Source of the DNA: Azolla caroliniana
Lineage: Eukaryota > Plantae > Polypodiophyta
Length of the DNA: 64,000 bases
NCBI GenBank assembly: GCA_043228905.1
Contig: JBHGNT010000005.1
Span: 7,006,001-7,070,000, forward strand
Direction: 5' to 3'
Shown here: positions 23,618-36,857 of the stretch, in pieces
How the letters are laid out: each line of letters opens with the position of its first letter
Numbering within the stretch: position 1 is the stretch's first letter
The notes under the pieces: model-generated
Seen by the model: the letters and a program-made list of their open reading frames with translations, nothing else
Databases searched by the model: none
What the model was told of the DNA's origin: nothing
Position numbers and translations under genes: made by a program

Positions 23618-26600
23618 CGATGACAAGAATAGTGCTGAAACATGTTTCTGATGTAACTTTGTATTCAGAACTCCGTTTTTATGATTTTTGGTTCGTTGCG
23701 AAGCTCGTTCAGAGAGCTTTCTAAGGATTATTTGGACATTAAGTTTCGTTATCGTTACAAGAAACTACAAGCAAAATTGTCATCGTCTCAAGTTAGTTCT
23801 CTTAATCTCTATTAGGATGTCTGACACAACAATAGGAAGTGAGTTGATGATTGTTGATGGATGTGGTAGTAATGATAGTAGTGAAAATTACAAGAGGCAA
23901 AAGTGTATCGATTTTACAAAACATGAGAAAACATCATATGCTACTATTCTTGGTGGGAAATATGCTATTGGAGATGATTATGATATTGACATTCGTTATG
24001 ATCTTGTTAAGGCTTTGTTTTTTATTTTATGGAAAAAAATGAGAGAGATGCTAAAGATTGTGTGGAGGAGGATGTTGTAGAGGTGGTGATGGAGACCAAC
24101 TCTATATTAGCAACTTTTGACAGGTTCTATGATCGTGGTGTTATTTTGTATTTCACTAGTAAACTTCCTTTGGTATCATGGATTAAGCAATGGTTGAATT
24201 CATTCATAATGCCTAATTGTGTTGAGGGTGTATATGTGGGTCTAAGAAGTTTCTATGATGTGGTTTTTCAATTGTGAGAACACCGTATGGCTTTGATTGC
24301 AAAGGTACCAATCTTTTTTTATAAAAGATTAGTGCATGTGATGGAATGGGTTCCAGTGGTGGATTATAAAGATTTATTAAAACAACAATGTCCAATTTGG
24401 GTGATCGTTGATTGTAGTAACTCATTCTTTTGGGATTTACTACCAGGATTGATGTCTCAAATTGGTAAAGTTTTGGTTGCTCCTCATGTTAATTCGTGGA
24501 ACAAATGTAGATTTTGCATGTTATGGGATACAAGTTGCAAACTTCCAAGATGGTTGAGTATAGATACATCTCGATTTGGTCAATTTCGTTTTAAGCTTCG
24601 ATGGGAGACTTTTGCAGGACATTGTTTTAAATGTGGTAAATTAGGGCATTTTACGGCTGAATGCCAATATCATGGCGAACTATCCCTAGAAAATAATGTC
24701 AAAGGGAAAAATAAGGAAGATGTTGAGAAGGATATTGTCTCAATGGTCGATATGGTCATGGATGAGGGAACATCTCATGGGTTAGAGCGAGATCCTAAAG
24801 TTCATGGTCATGTTAGAGGTGTTGAGGAGGAGAATGGAGTATGTATTAATGATGACTCAGATGTTGAAGATGGAGAGTGGCATCAAGTGAAGCATAAGAT
24901 AAAAGGGAAGGGTGTTGTCATACAAAGGGACACAAAAAATACTAACGGTAAGGCATTACCAAAAGATAATTTGAGATTGAATGAGAGGTTTAAGAAAAAT
25001 TCTTGGCAGAAACAAGTGCGAAATCAGATATTGTCCAACCAATTACAATTCGATTCTTTAGGAAGGGTGGTACAACCTCAATTAAATCAAGGACTTCGTT
25101 CTCGTGGAACTAGAAAACAAAACCCTAATATTGGTGGACAAGATGTAGTACACACAAATCCTTATGTAGCTCTTGAACAAGTAGTTAGTACATTCATGTT
25201 TATGAGCAAGTTCTTACTAAAGGTGTTAAATGAAAGTGGTATCATGGAATGTGAGAGGGGCATCTTCTCCTCATAAGAAATATATATTATGGAAAACTTT
25301 ATTTGATAAAGAATAGGATGTTTTATGTGCAGTTGAACATAAGTGTCATGATTTAGCAAGATCTGTGTTCCATTTGCGTGGATATTCCGCATATTATGCA
25401 GAACAGTTATCACGTCATTACTCAGGGGTTGTCATGATTATTAGTGATTTGTTTTGTCCACATATAGTTTATAATGATCCATATGGATGTTTTTTGGTGA
25501 TGGAAGTCAAGTATTTTGAGGATTTGATATGGTTGGTAGGTCCTGGAATCTATGTATCCAATAATGCTAATCAACGAATTGAGTTATGGTCTTCAATGTA
25601 TCCACGGTTATTAGTGGGCCATGTTGGTTTATTAATGGGTGATTTTAATATGTGTGTTAATGCTTCACAATCTACTTCACGATTCTCATTGATGGATTCT
25701 CCTAAGCAAGCAGTTTGGGACAAATTGGCATAAGAGGTTTTGCAGTTGGATTTATGGAAATGGTTGCATCAAGATGAGGTTGGGTTTACATTTCAGTCTA
25801 TGCAATGTAAGGAAACATAGAGTAGGTTAGATAGAATGTATGTTATGCATGATGAGTCCTTTTTGTCAAAGATGCTTAATATGTCAATTATGCAAGAGGT
25901 TGTGACATCAGATCATTTTCCCATATGTTTTGAGTTTAATAAACATGGGGTAGATATGTACAAAACATTGCTTGATCGAGTTCCTTTGAAGTTTAATTCT
26001 TCTTTATTATTACATTCCTTATTTGATGCCTATATGCAACAAATTTTTGGCATGTTTTCAGAACAAGTTATTTCAAAAGGATGACCCAACTTCACTTCTT
26101 CTCTCAAACTTGATTAACTTGGCCAACAAACAAACAAATAAGGCATGTAGGGCAGGCGTGAAGTGGTTTTCATCATCATGCATGAAGGCGTGTGTGCGCC
26201 TGTTCATCATGAAGGCCTCATGGGATACAACACTACAAAACATCAATGATTTCGTTGTATTTATGGTATGACTAATGCTAAAAGATGTAAGAAATTGATT
26301 GATAAGTTTTCATATATTCTTACGTGATGCAATGTACTATAGATGAATAATCCGCATGATGAAGAGCTTTTGGATGTTCAAGTTCAAGTACAGGACATTG
26401 TGAAGAATTTGTCTTGTCAAAGTTATCAACAGACAAGACTACGTCAATTAAAGGAGGGATTTATAAATACTCAATCACAATCTCTATGTTTTTTCAAAGA
26501 TTAAGACCACCATATACTCATTCAAATGTGGTACAAATTAAGATAGGGGATGACATTGTTATAGAACCAATCAAGGTTATTGAGTTATGTATTACTCATT

Positions 26601-28378
26601 TTAAAATTTGATTGGGCCAGAGTTGATTATTAATGATGATGTGTTGAAAGCACGACAAGAGTTTTATAATGTAATTGGGAGTGTCGTGAATACAAATATT
26701 TGTCAAGATTTGGATGTTGATTTTGAAGAAGTTGAGGTAGAAAAGGTATTGTTACACCCAAATGGTAAAAGCCTTGGTTGGGATGGTGTTACAGATGACG
26801 TTTTTAAGAAGTATGTTGGCATGCTTAAGAGTCCATTCACACAAATGTTTCAACAATGTTGGGATTCTAGTCTCATGCCTGAGAGCTAGAAGGTGTTCTC
26901 AATCAAATTGATACCAAAGGTACCATCCCCCGAGTCATTTCATCAATGGAGGCCTATTTCCTTGATGGGAGGGTTGTACAAAGTGTTTGCAAAGATATTA
27001 TCCAACAGACTTCAGAAGTTCTTACCTCAACTTATTCATCCATCTCAATATGGTTTTATTATAGGTAAAAATATATTGCATAATGTTTTGAATGTTCAAA
27101 TGGCTATCGATTATGCTCGACATACACATCAAGAAATGGTTATGGTGCAATTAGATTTGGAAAAAGCATATGATCATGTTAATTGGTCTTTCCTCTCAAG
27201 TGTGATGTATAATATGGGGTTTGGTCCTCGTATGTGTCGACTTATCTTTTTGCTACGACAAAATGTAACCTCACGTGTGATGCTTAATGGCGGAGTTATT
27301 CCGAAAGTGTTTCTTACTAGATCCGTGCGGCAAGGATGTCCATTGAGCCCATTGTTATTTGCTATTGTTACACATCCTTTGTTAGTAATGTTGTCAAATC
27401 TTGCGGCCAATGGTGATATTGTGGGTTTACATCTTCCTTATGGTGGACAATTGGTGGCACAAGCATTGGCTGATGATTCTTTTACGTTTTTACAAGACTC
27501 AAAAGAAAATCTTAAAAGGAGTATGCAAGTGTGGGATCAATTTGCTTTGGCTTCAAGGTTATATATAAATTGGAGGCGGTCTCGCCTTATTTCTTGTATG
27601 GAGAGTGATTTGGAATGTTTGGGATGGCGAGGGTCAGTGATTACACGAGGATCAATTTATCAACATTTGGGTTATCCATTGGGTGTTGATGTTACAAATG
27701 TTCAATTGATTAATTGGATTGATTGTAAATTGAAGGACAAATTTATGTATTGGAAGTCTCAATTATGACCCTTTCATGTACGACTCAAAGTGGTGCAATG
27801 TATCTTGATACCCATGTTATTATATTTTTTGCCTTTACTATCTTAGACTAAGAAGGCATTACAAAACATTTTATATCTTATTCAGTTCATGTTGTGGCGG
27901 AAGGGAGAAATGATGGGAGTTACATGGATTTAATGGGACCATTTGGCTACTCCTAAAAGGTTAGGTAGTGCAACAATATTGGATTTGGAGAGGCATTTGA
28001 TGGCTCGAAGATTTGCATTATTACGAGATATATGTGAACAAGATCAACCATGGATATCTATGATGCAATATTTTATTGAGCATGAAGGATTGGTGCACGG
28101 GAAAACAAAGATTCAAGCATCGTTGCGGTCATTACTCAATGGAAGTATTTCTCTAAACATTCGATATTCTATATGTGGACAACATTTTGGTAAGATCGTG
28201 GCAAGATGCATTATCTCTTTTTTAATGGGGACATATGCACAATTCTATCGTTTATTTTGATTGGGGATTGTACATTTGGAAGATATGGTTAATAATGAAT
28301 CTCAAAGGTTATCGTATTTTAAAGATGTCAAGAGATGGTTATGTATTCCTCCAAATTATGGATTTATTTGGGAGAAAT

Positions 28379-28381
<3 letters not shown>
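23618..28381 (+). mobile_element. LINE-B, decayed, 3'-truncated, flanked by (GA)n on both sides
   Basis: ORF1 remnants with CFKCGKLGHFTAEC; ORF2 MKVVSWNVRG at 25230, GDFN, TSDH, WRPISL, DLEKAYD, SVRQGCPLSP, ALADD. 5' UTR resembles that of LINE-C. Confidence 0.92.
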
Positions 28382-28425
<44 letters not shown>

Positions 28426-28591
28426 TTGGTATTGCACCTAGTTTTAATCCTCAATATATATCGCTTATTTTGATTGGGGATTGAACATTTGGAAGATGTG
28501 GTTAATAATGAATCTCAAAGGTTATCGTATTTTAAAGATGTCAAGCGATGGTTATGTATTCCTCCAAATTATGGATTTATTTGGGAGAAAT

Positions 28592-28630
<39 letters not shown>

Positions 28631-28662
28631 TTGGTATTGCACCTAGTTTTAATCCTCAATAT
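28246..28662 (+). repeat. ~213-bp tandem duplication of the LINE-B end + (GA)n + 35-bp flank
   Basis: Units start at 28246 and 28459; about 4 substitutions and different GA lengths. Confidence 0.9.
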
Positions 28663-28733
28663 GCTCACCATTAAACACAACATTCATTGGTTATATTGCT
28701 TTATTATATTGGTTTGTTCATAGATTGAATGGT

Positions 28734-30519
28734 ATGTGCATGATGGCATTAGTATCAATGTCTAGAGAGTTGTTTCCCCAGGTAACCACCACCACCACCA
28801 CCACCATCACAACCTTGGCTATATTCATTGTAGTGTCAGTTATGTGCATCGTCACATTGCTAGTACTAACTCAGTGGCTCGTCTAGGTAGTCACCCGTGC
28901 CTATCACCGGTTACCCCCCGGCCCCTTCCCTCTACCAATTCTCAGCAACCTCCTCCATCTCCTCGCTTCCTCGTCTCCGCATCGCTCCCTCCAACACCTC
29001 GCCCATCATTACAGCCCCGTCCTCTTCCTCCGCCTAGCTTCCTCCCCCACCATCATCATCTCCACTGCCCAGGCTGCTCGCCACATCTTCCATGCCCATG
29101 AGAAGACCTTCGCTGGCCGCCCGCCCAGCCAAGTTTCCAGACGCCTCTTCCCTCACCACGTCCTACGGCCCCAACTGGTGCTCCATGCGCCACCTCGCCG
29201 CCTCACTCACAACACTCACTCCCCCGTGCTCCACCACCACACGCAATGCCTCTTGAGCCGCCTGCGCCTCGCTGCCACGTCGGGGTCCCCTGTCAACCTC
29301 ACCGCCTGCCTCTCCACACTGGTGGAGAACATCATGTCACACCTCCTGCTCCGCCAATCCATGTCGGATATCATCCTCTCCAAGAAGAAGAAGCAGAAGA
29401 ACTTGGCCACAGAAGAAGAAGAAGAAGAAGAAGAAGAAAGCCCCAACCTGAACCTAACCCAGCTGGTACAGGAGGGTAATTTCCTGCTGGGCGCCAACCT
29501 CATCGGTGACTTCATCCCTCTCCTGGGATTCCTCGACTTCAGCAGGAAGCGTGCCATGGACCGCTGGCTCTCCTCTGTCGATGCCATCCTAGACCCACTC
29601 CTCTCCACCCGAGAAGAAGCAGTAGCAACAGCAGCAGGAGGAGGAGGAGATAAGGATGAAGGAGAAGCGTCCACCCACATTATGGACGCCTTCCTGGCTT
29701 CTCACCCTCCACTCACCCGAGATCGCATCAAAGCAATGACGCTGGTCAGCACAGACACACACACACATACACACTATATAGATAGATAGATAGATAGATA
29801 AGGTTTGTTGGCTCAGGTTTATTAAAATTTTTGATAGTGTGTTATGTATGGTATGGCAGGAATTGATCATGGCGGGCATCAATGCATCTACCGTAACGCT
29901 GGATTGGGCGATGGCCGAGATCCTGTCCAACCCACGGGTGCTGAAGAAGCTTCAGGAGGAATCGGAGAGCGTGGTGGGGAAGGAGAGGATGGTGGAGATA
30001 GCGGATCTTCCGAAGCTCCCTTACATGAAGGCGGTCGTGAAAGAGACGCTCCGCAAGCATACGCCGGGGCCGTTCCTCATCCCGCACATGTCCACCGAGG
30101 CATGCACCTTGCAGCTGGATGATGGGGATGGGGATGGGGATGGGGGGCCGCATTATCAATATGAGATTCCGTCGGGAACCAGGATGTTGGTGAATGCATG
30201 GGCCATCGGAAATGACCCCGCCATATGGAAGGAGCCAACTAAGTTCTTGCCGGAGCGGTTTACCACGGGGCCGGATGTCGATGTCTACGGCCGCCACTTC
30301 CAGCTCCTCCCCTTCGGAAGCGGCCGCAGAATGTGCCCTGGCATTGGGCTCGCCATGAGCATTGTGGAGCTAGGCGTCTCAAACCTCTCGCACTGCTTCG
30401 AATGGTCCGTCCATGGCAGTGCTGCGGTGGATATGTCTGACAAGTTGGGCCTCTCCCTCCCTCGGATAGCTCCGCTACTTGTTGTGCCCAAGACATTTCG
30501 TCTCACCAACGATTTCTGA
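28734..30519 (+). pseudogene. Cytochrome P450 pseudogene, paralogue of 2785-4540 (intron 29745-29859)
   Basis: LPPGPFPLPILSN hinge, but in-frame TAG at 28884-28886 (Trp in the paralogue) and frameshifting deletions near 29150-29240. Same intron position; exon 2 still open (ETLR, PERF, FGSGRRMCPG). Confidence 0.88.
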
Positions 30520-31379
30520 CTATCTCTCGTGTGACATGATGATACGATCCGCCCATGGATTATTAATTGAGTTCACATGATTTGTACATAATTTCGTGCC
30601 AAGATTCATGCAGCTCTGTATACCATTTCCGGCATAGATCTAAGTGTACACTGTCCATGGAGGGTTTGGCACAAAAATGGCATCCCTCCTGTTGGAACCT
30701 GGTATAATAAGCATTTACTAAGGCCATTCCAACAAACGACACCATTTCGATTTGATATATACCCAAGGATCGCTCCACTGTTTTCTGTTTTAGTTTGAAT
30801 GCAATTTCCTTTTGCTACTTAAATGACATGATTTAATTTATAACCTGCACAATGTTTAGCCAGACATTGTCCGTGGCTGCTCCAATGAACCGTCCCAGCA
30901 ATCACTCACCATTAATAAACCTCATTCCGAGCGGCGAGCACTACAATCTAATTCCGGTAACGATTACTCTAATCTCACGGCATATTCCTCGTCTTTGTTA
31001 CAGGCTAATTTAACACCCAATGTGATCAATCATCCCCGATTACTCTTAACTAATAGTCCGACTCAGTATTCTATTATTTCTTGCCTTTAGGTTTTCATTT
31101 TATCATATTGACTATGCCATTGGATCATTCCTTAACAATTACCCTTTCCCAATTACTCTATATTTAAACACCAGATTTACCGTTGTCTCACAATTAAGCA
31201 TCTAAATCAATCGTTGTATGGAATCTATCCTTCTAATTAAACAATCGTTGCACGTAATCTATCCTCTAATAGTTGCTCACAATTGACAATTTCTCATGTT
31301 TATCAGCCTCTTTATCCATCTGTAGTTGCGTTACAGTAATGAATTGAATTAGCTCACTGAGTTCAAACCTGAGTTGTGA

Positions 31380-32404
31380 GCTACAAATCCTACAAATCTA
31401 GTATATTGACACAGATTTTTCAAGTAAACTTAATGAATTGGTTCAATTAAAACGGTGACTTAGAAGTAGTTCCAAAAATTGACCTTAAATTTACATTTTA
31501 TTTATTCTTCCGTTAGGGGCATAACCATCCTACTATTTACACCTTCTTTATACACTAAATGCATCGCTTGCTTAAGCAAAAAGAACTTATTGTTACTTAC
31601 CTTAGATGCATACAAAAAGAATAAGAACTTATTGTTGCTTACCTTAGATGCATACAATGTTTCAAGTTTGTTCCATAGAACTTTGGCATCAATTTCATTC
31701 ACAACATAGTTTAAGACATTATCTCTTACGCATTGTCGAATAAATCCACATACTTGTTGGTTCTTGAAAAACCTTTCCTTGGTGATTTTCCTCTCGGGTT
31801 TAGTCGCTTCAAAAATAAGTAAGTTTAGATTTTTCACAAAAAGAAGATATTTCATTTTACCTTTCCATTTGTGTTAATTTGCGCTCTTCAAGCAAACTAT
31901 CGTGGAAAAATTTGTCTCCATAAGAAATTGTTAAACCTCAGCTCTGATACCACTCGATCAAAATCTTTTTAGCACTTTATCACTTATATGAGACAAGGAT
32001 TATGTTGTGCAAGATTATTCAAAACAAATAACAAGATACACAACAAAAACTATGCACCATACACTGCAAAAATTTAACGTGGAAAACCCTCAAAGAGGTA
32101 AAAATCACTGGACCTAGTCCAAAAATAATTCACTATTAACGTAAAACTTGTAGACAAAGTTCTACTCCAAACAAGTTAGAATACTAGGAGAAAGAAAGGA
32201 ATGTGAGATTTCCTCAACAATTAAACCCAACTAAAAGACAAAAACAACCACCAAAAAACTCACACCGCATGGCTGGTGACAGAGGTGGTGATGTCTGAAA
32301 CATCGACGTTTAATGGTGTATAGAAGAGCGTTGATGGAGCAGGCCAAAAGAGAGAGTATGAGCTCTCCAAAATATGTTTTTCTTTTATCACAATGCTCGT
32401 TTTA
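31380..32404 (-). mobile_element. Ty1/copia remnant (LTR, PBS, gag start)
   Basis: Minus-strand PBS TGGTATCAGAGC at 31941-31952; gggttttccacgttaaa LTR motif; gag QQVCGFIRQCVRDNVLNYV...LWNKLETLYASK. Confidence 0.8.
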
Positions 32405-32416
32405 CTCTCTTTTTTT

Positions 32417-33420
32417 GGTAAAAGCACACAATTATATTAATTGTATGTAAAATCCACTTAGTTACAACACTTCTTAGTCTCCTCTACCTATCATATGCCT
32501 ATGTAGAGAAAGGGGGACGTTCTGTAATGCTATTAAAAAACCTAAATATGCATTTGAGGAAATGATCCCCACATGCTCTATTTTCCACATGAGAATACCT
32601 TTCAGCTTCTTTATATAGGCTTTCCCCCCATGTCTATTATCAAACATGAAAGCATTACGCATATTCCAATTGTGTTGTAGACCCGCATAATGTAAAAATT
32701 GGAACAATATCTCCATCTCATCATTTGAACCATTTTGAACATATTGAGAAAAAACTCATTGTTGAGGTCTCAAACAACAATGGGTTAAAACTTGCCAAAT
32801 GTCCGATAAGTACTTCCAAATGGTACACACTATAATAGGACATTAATGAATGTATGTGTACTATCCTCTAATGAAACAATGCAAAAGAAATAAGTGCCAA
32901 ACCCTAGTCCCCGTCTCTTTAAGGTCGAACCTAATGGGAGCCCACAAATCATGACTCTCCATATGAATACCTTTGCATAAAATGGTAGATGGGAATGCCA
33001 ACCACGTTGTAATATTTCCCACCACCTTACATCTGACTTACATACATTCCACAACTTTGCTGCTTTAGGAGATAGCCAAGATAATGATGCCATCACATGA
33101 TATATTTGTAGTGACCTGTAACAAGCGTGTACCATCTTGTAACCGCCATTCTACCCAAGGTGCAAAATTTGTTTTCAATGGCAAAGATCCTTGCAACAAT
33201 GGTATATCTTGTAATTTCTCCCAAATAAATCCATAATTTGGGGGAATACATAACCATCGTTTGCCATCTCCAAAATCCGACAACCTTTAAGATTCATTAT
33301 CAACCACATCTTTCAAATGTACAATCCCCAATCGAAATAAACAATTGAATTGAGATCTCAACTTCTCTTTCCCATTTTCAAAAGTGAGTATAGATGTGCA
33401 AATACATCTAAGTGTGATCC
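32417..33420 (-). mobile_element. 5'-truncated 3' fragment of the LINE-B/C family
   Basis: WLCIPPNYGFIWEKL, AKVFIWRVMICGLPLG, FFCIVSLEDSTH. 3' end ttaatataattgtgtgcttttacc, then a short A run, then GAGAG. Confidence 0.85.
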
Positions 33421-33439
33421 CTTTTCACATTGTATTTAA

Positions 33440-33680
33440 AAAATAAAAGTTTTGGGCATCTAGGGCCCATTTACACACAAAACTATGGCTAGAAAACCTA
33501 ACAGATTTTTCAAGTAAACTTAACGAATTGGTTCAATTAAAACAGTGTACAATGACTTAGAAGTAGTTGCAAAAATTGATGAGAAAGAATGTCTCTCTTT
33601 TAAGGTGTCTCTTAAATTTACATTTTATTTCTTTTACACTACTCCCATTAAGGGCATAATCATCTTACTCATAGATTGAC
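33440..33680 (-). mobile_element. Second copia gag fragment, homologous to 31410-31530
   Basis: acagatttttcaagtaaactta..gaattggttcaattaaaac repeated at 31411 and 33501. Confidence 0.65.
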
Positions 33681-34094
33681 ATATTCATATTCATGGGCCT
33701 TGCCCCACAAATGCATAAGTCTAATAGGAATACGAATACATGTAAATGTATTCTTTTCTTTTTTTTGAAATTTAAAAATAAAAAATTGTTTTTTTCTATG
33801 AGCGAGTGAACAACGAGCAGGAGGCGAGGAAGCCTCACCCTAATCCATGTGCATGTTGCTTACACCATCTCCTCCCTCTACATCATGTTCTCAGCTAGAA
33901 AATTAGGGTTTCGGCTGAAAACCCTAATTTCTGTCATAATCCTAATCTTGACCGTATTTCTTCTTTTCGGCCTGTGTCCTCAACTCCCTCTTATGGTCTA
34001 TGTTAATCCTACATCGTGTTCTCGGCTACAAACTCAAGATTTCACTGAAACCCTAAGTTTAGTCGAAGCCCTAATTAATTAATTATTAATGTAT

Positions 34095-35607
34095 TGGGGT
34101 GTGCATGTGTTCCTTTGGGCCCCCCTTTTAGTACACCCTTTTTAGGATGCATGTAGCTAAGCCATCCCACCCTTTTAGCACACCCTTTTTAGCTAAGCCA
34201 ACCCAAATGGGTACCTTTGTATCAACTATAAATTGAGTCAGAAGTAAGAAGCTAACTAGGCTGGTTTTGATCTCTTATGTGCATTTCACATATTGGTGGA
34301 GAAGTGGGGTACCAGTCCCCACGTCCAAGCATCCACCTCTTCCCCCTCGCCTTAGGTTGTCCACTAACTTCTTGTCCCACGAGTTTCCCCATTCGACACA
34401 ATAGCCCTCTTGTCCCCCATCTCAACCAAGTCCAAGTGGCCCTCAGTCCACATGAGCAATTGATCTCTATCCGCCTATAGCTCTCCTGTTCCCCACCTCA
34501 GCCAAGTCTAAGTGGCACTCAGTCCACATGATCGATTGATCTCTATCCGCCTATAGCTCTCATGTTCCCCACCTCAGCCAAGTCTAAGTGGCACTCAGTC
34601 CACATGATCGATTGATCTCTATCCGCCTATAGCTCTCATGTTCCCCACCTCAACCAAGTCCAAGTGGCACGCACAGTCCACAGGATCGATTGATCTCTAT
34701 CCACCTATAGCTCTCTTGTTCCCCACCTCAACCAAGTCCAAGTGGCACTCAGTCCACAGGATCGATTGATCTCTATCCGCCTATAGCTCTCATGTCCCCC
34801 ACCTCAACCAAGTCCAGGTGGCCCTCAATCCACAAGAGCGATTGATCTTTATTTGCCAATTGCTAGCTCGTACACGATAGCCCTCCTATCCCCCACCTCA
34901 GCCAAGTCCAAGTGGCTCTCAATCCACAGGAGCAATTGATCTTTATCCGTCGATTGCTAGCTCATTTTCCATCACTAGCCCCATCCAACTATCAGGGTCG
35001 GTAGTTCCACTGGGATGTCCTCAACGTCGTTGCTGCTCAACTCAATGTTCAACATATGTTTACGTCCCCATACCATCCTCATACAAATGGTCTCACTGAA
35101 CACCTCAACAAGACTCTCAAGAAGGAGATTGCCACTTACATCGATCCATGCCACAAAACCTAAGATCAAATCTTGCCTTTTGTCACCCACGCCTGCAATA
35201 CATCCGTACAAGTGTCGACATGGATCAACCCTTTTTAAGCACTCTATTGGGCGTAACCCTCTCCTCCCATCAGAATCGTCCATTGATGTCCATTTGAAAC
35301 CTGCCAACATGGATAGTGCCACTTGGGAGCTCTATCTCCAACAGATGCTCCCCCTCCTTCGACAAGTCATTGCTCTTGTTCTTGTTCCCGCTCCTCAGCC
35401 TCTTGTTTCTCTCAAGGGGGGAAATGTGGTGTGCATGTGTTCCTTTGGGCCACCCTTTTTAGGATGCATGTACCTAAACCACCCCACCCTTTTAGCACAC
35501 CCTTTTTAGTTAAGCCAACCCAAATGGGTACCTTTGTATCAACTATAAATTGAGTAAGAAGTAAGAAGCTAACTTGGTTGGTCTTGATCTCCTATGTCCA
35601 TTTCACA
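34095..35607 (+). mobile_element. Non-autonomous short-LTR retroelement (TRIM-like gypsy derivative)
   Basis: LTRs 34095-34290 and 35425-35607 (TG..CA); PBS TGGTGGAGAAGTGGGG 34294-34309; PPT aaggggggaaa 35414-35424; integrase remnant TSPYHPHTNGLTEHLNKTLK near 35060-35120. Confidence 0.88.
34402..34965. repeat. Minisatellite, ~7 copies of a 76-bp unit
   Basis: tagctctcatgttccccacctcagccaagtc...gatctctatccgccta at 34402, 34478, 34554, 34630, ~34708, ~34784, ~34878. Confidence 0.92.
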
Positions 35608-36857
35608 ATATTAATTGATTATTAATTAATTAGCTAATATTTTTCAATGAATTAATTAATGTTTTATTGAATTAAGATATGTATTAGTAAATTAATTATT
35701 ATATTAGTGAGTTAATTAATTATTGATGTATGTGTGTATATGTATATATGTATGTGTGTACATGTATATGTAAATGAATGGTTTTATAATATTCTTGGGG
35801 CCATTTTCTATTCTCGAATATCACAAATATTATGGATGTCAAATACCACGAATATCACGCATGGGTCAATCTATGATCCTACTATTTACACATTCCCTTA
35901 AATGGAAACAATTAAAACAATGTATTGCGTTCGTTTTACTTAGATTCTATCTAAAAAAAGTACGAGCCATATCTTTCTTCTTGTAGCACGACAAAATAAC
36001 GAGTCGATGCTCTCAATTACAACTCATATCTTGTTTTCTTCGATCAAGTTAGGTCTCGTAGAATCTTTATATGCTTGAAGGAGATATGTCCAATGATGTT
36101 GCTCAACATCTTTGTATTTTGCGCAATGTTTGTGCATTATTATTGATTGTTCCAAAGTATGCACAAATGTTGGCACTTCAAATAATCGTATCTATAGAGG
36201 TATCACTTTAATCCAAATTCCTTGGTACGTTATTTGCACTATTATGGTTGTCAGATTGTTATGCACACAGGTACCAAAATCATGACGATTCATGCTAGTA
36301 CATGGGAATAGGTGGTTGTGATTATGATTACACGTTGTTGACTCTATTGAACGAGATCCCATCCAACACTAAAGTTTGGATGCTCAAGGACATACGAATA
36401 TTCATGTGATAATATGTATCTCCAAAATTGAGGAGGGTGGAGTTATGGAGAAGGCAAGTGGTAACGAGATTGGTTTGCCATCTAGTCGAGAATTGGGCTT
36501 TGTAGAAGATGCGTCCAAGATGGAATCGGTAGTAGTAAGGATTGACATGTGGATAAAAGGGGGGGGGGTTGTTGGACGGAGGACATTTATCATGGGGAAA
36601 ACACTGTTGGAGGTGGTCGATTCCAATTTGATTCAATGTAAATTTGTTATAAAACCATCTAATATTTTTTAGATCGGGAAATTTGCCTCCCAATAAAACG
36701 CACTTAAAATGGGTTCGCACTTAACCGAATGTTTAAAGTACATGTACGTATACGTATACGTATACCGTATACGTGTACATATACGCATACGTGTATGTAC
36801 ATATACAGAAGACTTAAGCACAATCCTGCAGAAACACTACTGGAAGAGAACAAGAAG

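Noticed and set aside
28235-28723. ORFs with ERERER runs (also 45686, 45998, 52988)
   Set aside because: Translations of (GA)n microsatellites.
34402-34965. 76-bp array as a CRISPR-like locus
   Set aside because: Units are contiguous with no unique spacers, there are no cas genes, and the context is a eukaryotic LTR element.
36328-36720. Overlapping short ORFs upstream of the ANU10-like gene
   Set aside because: No recognisable motif or splice structure in any frame.
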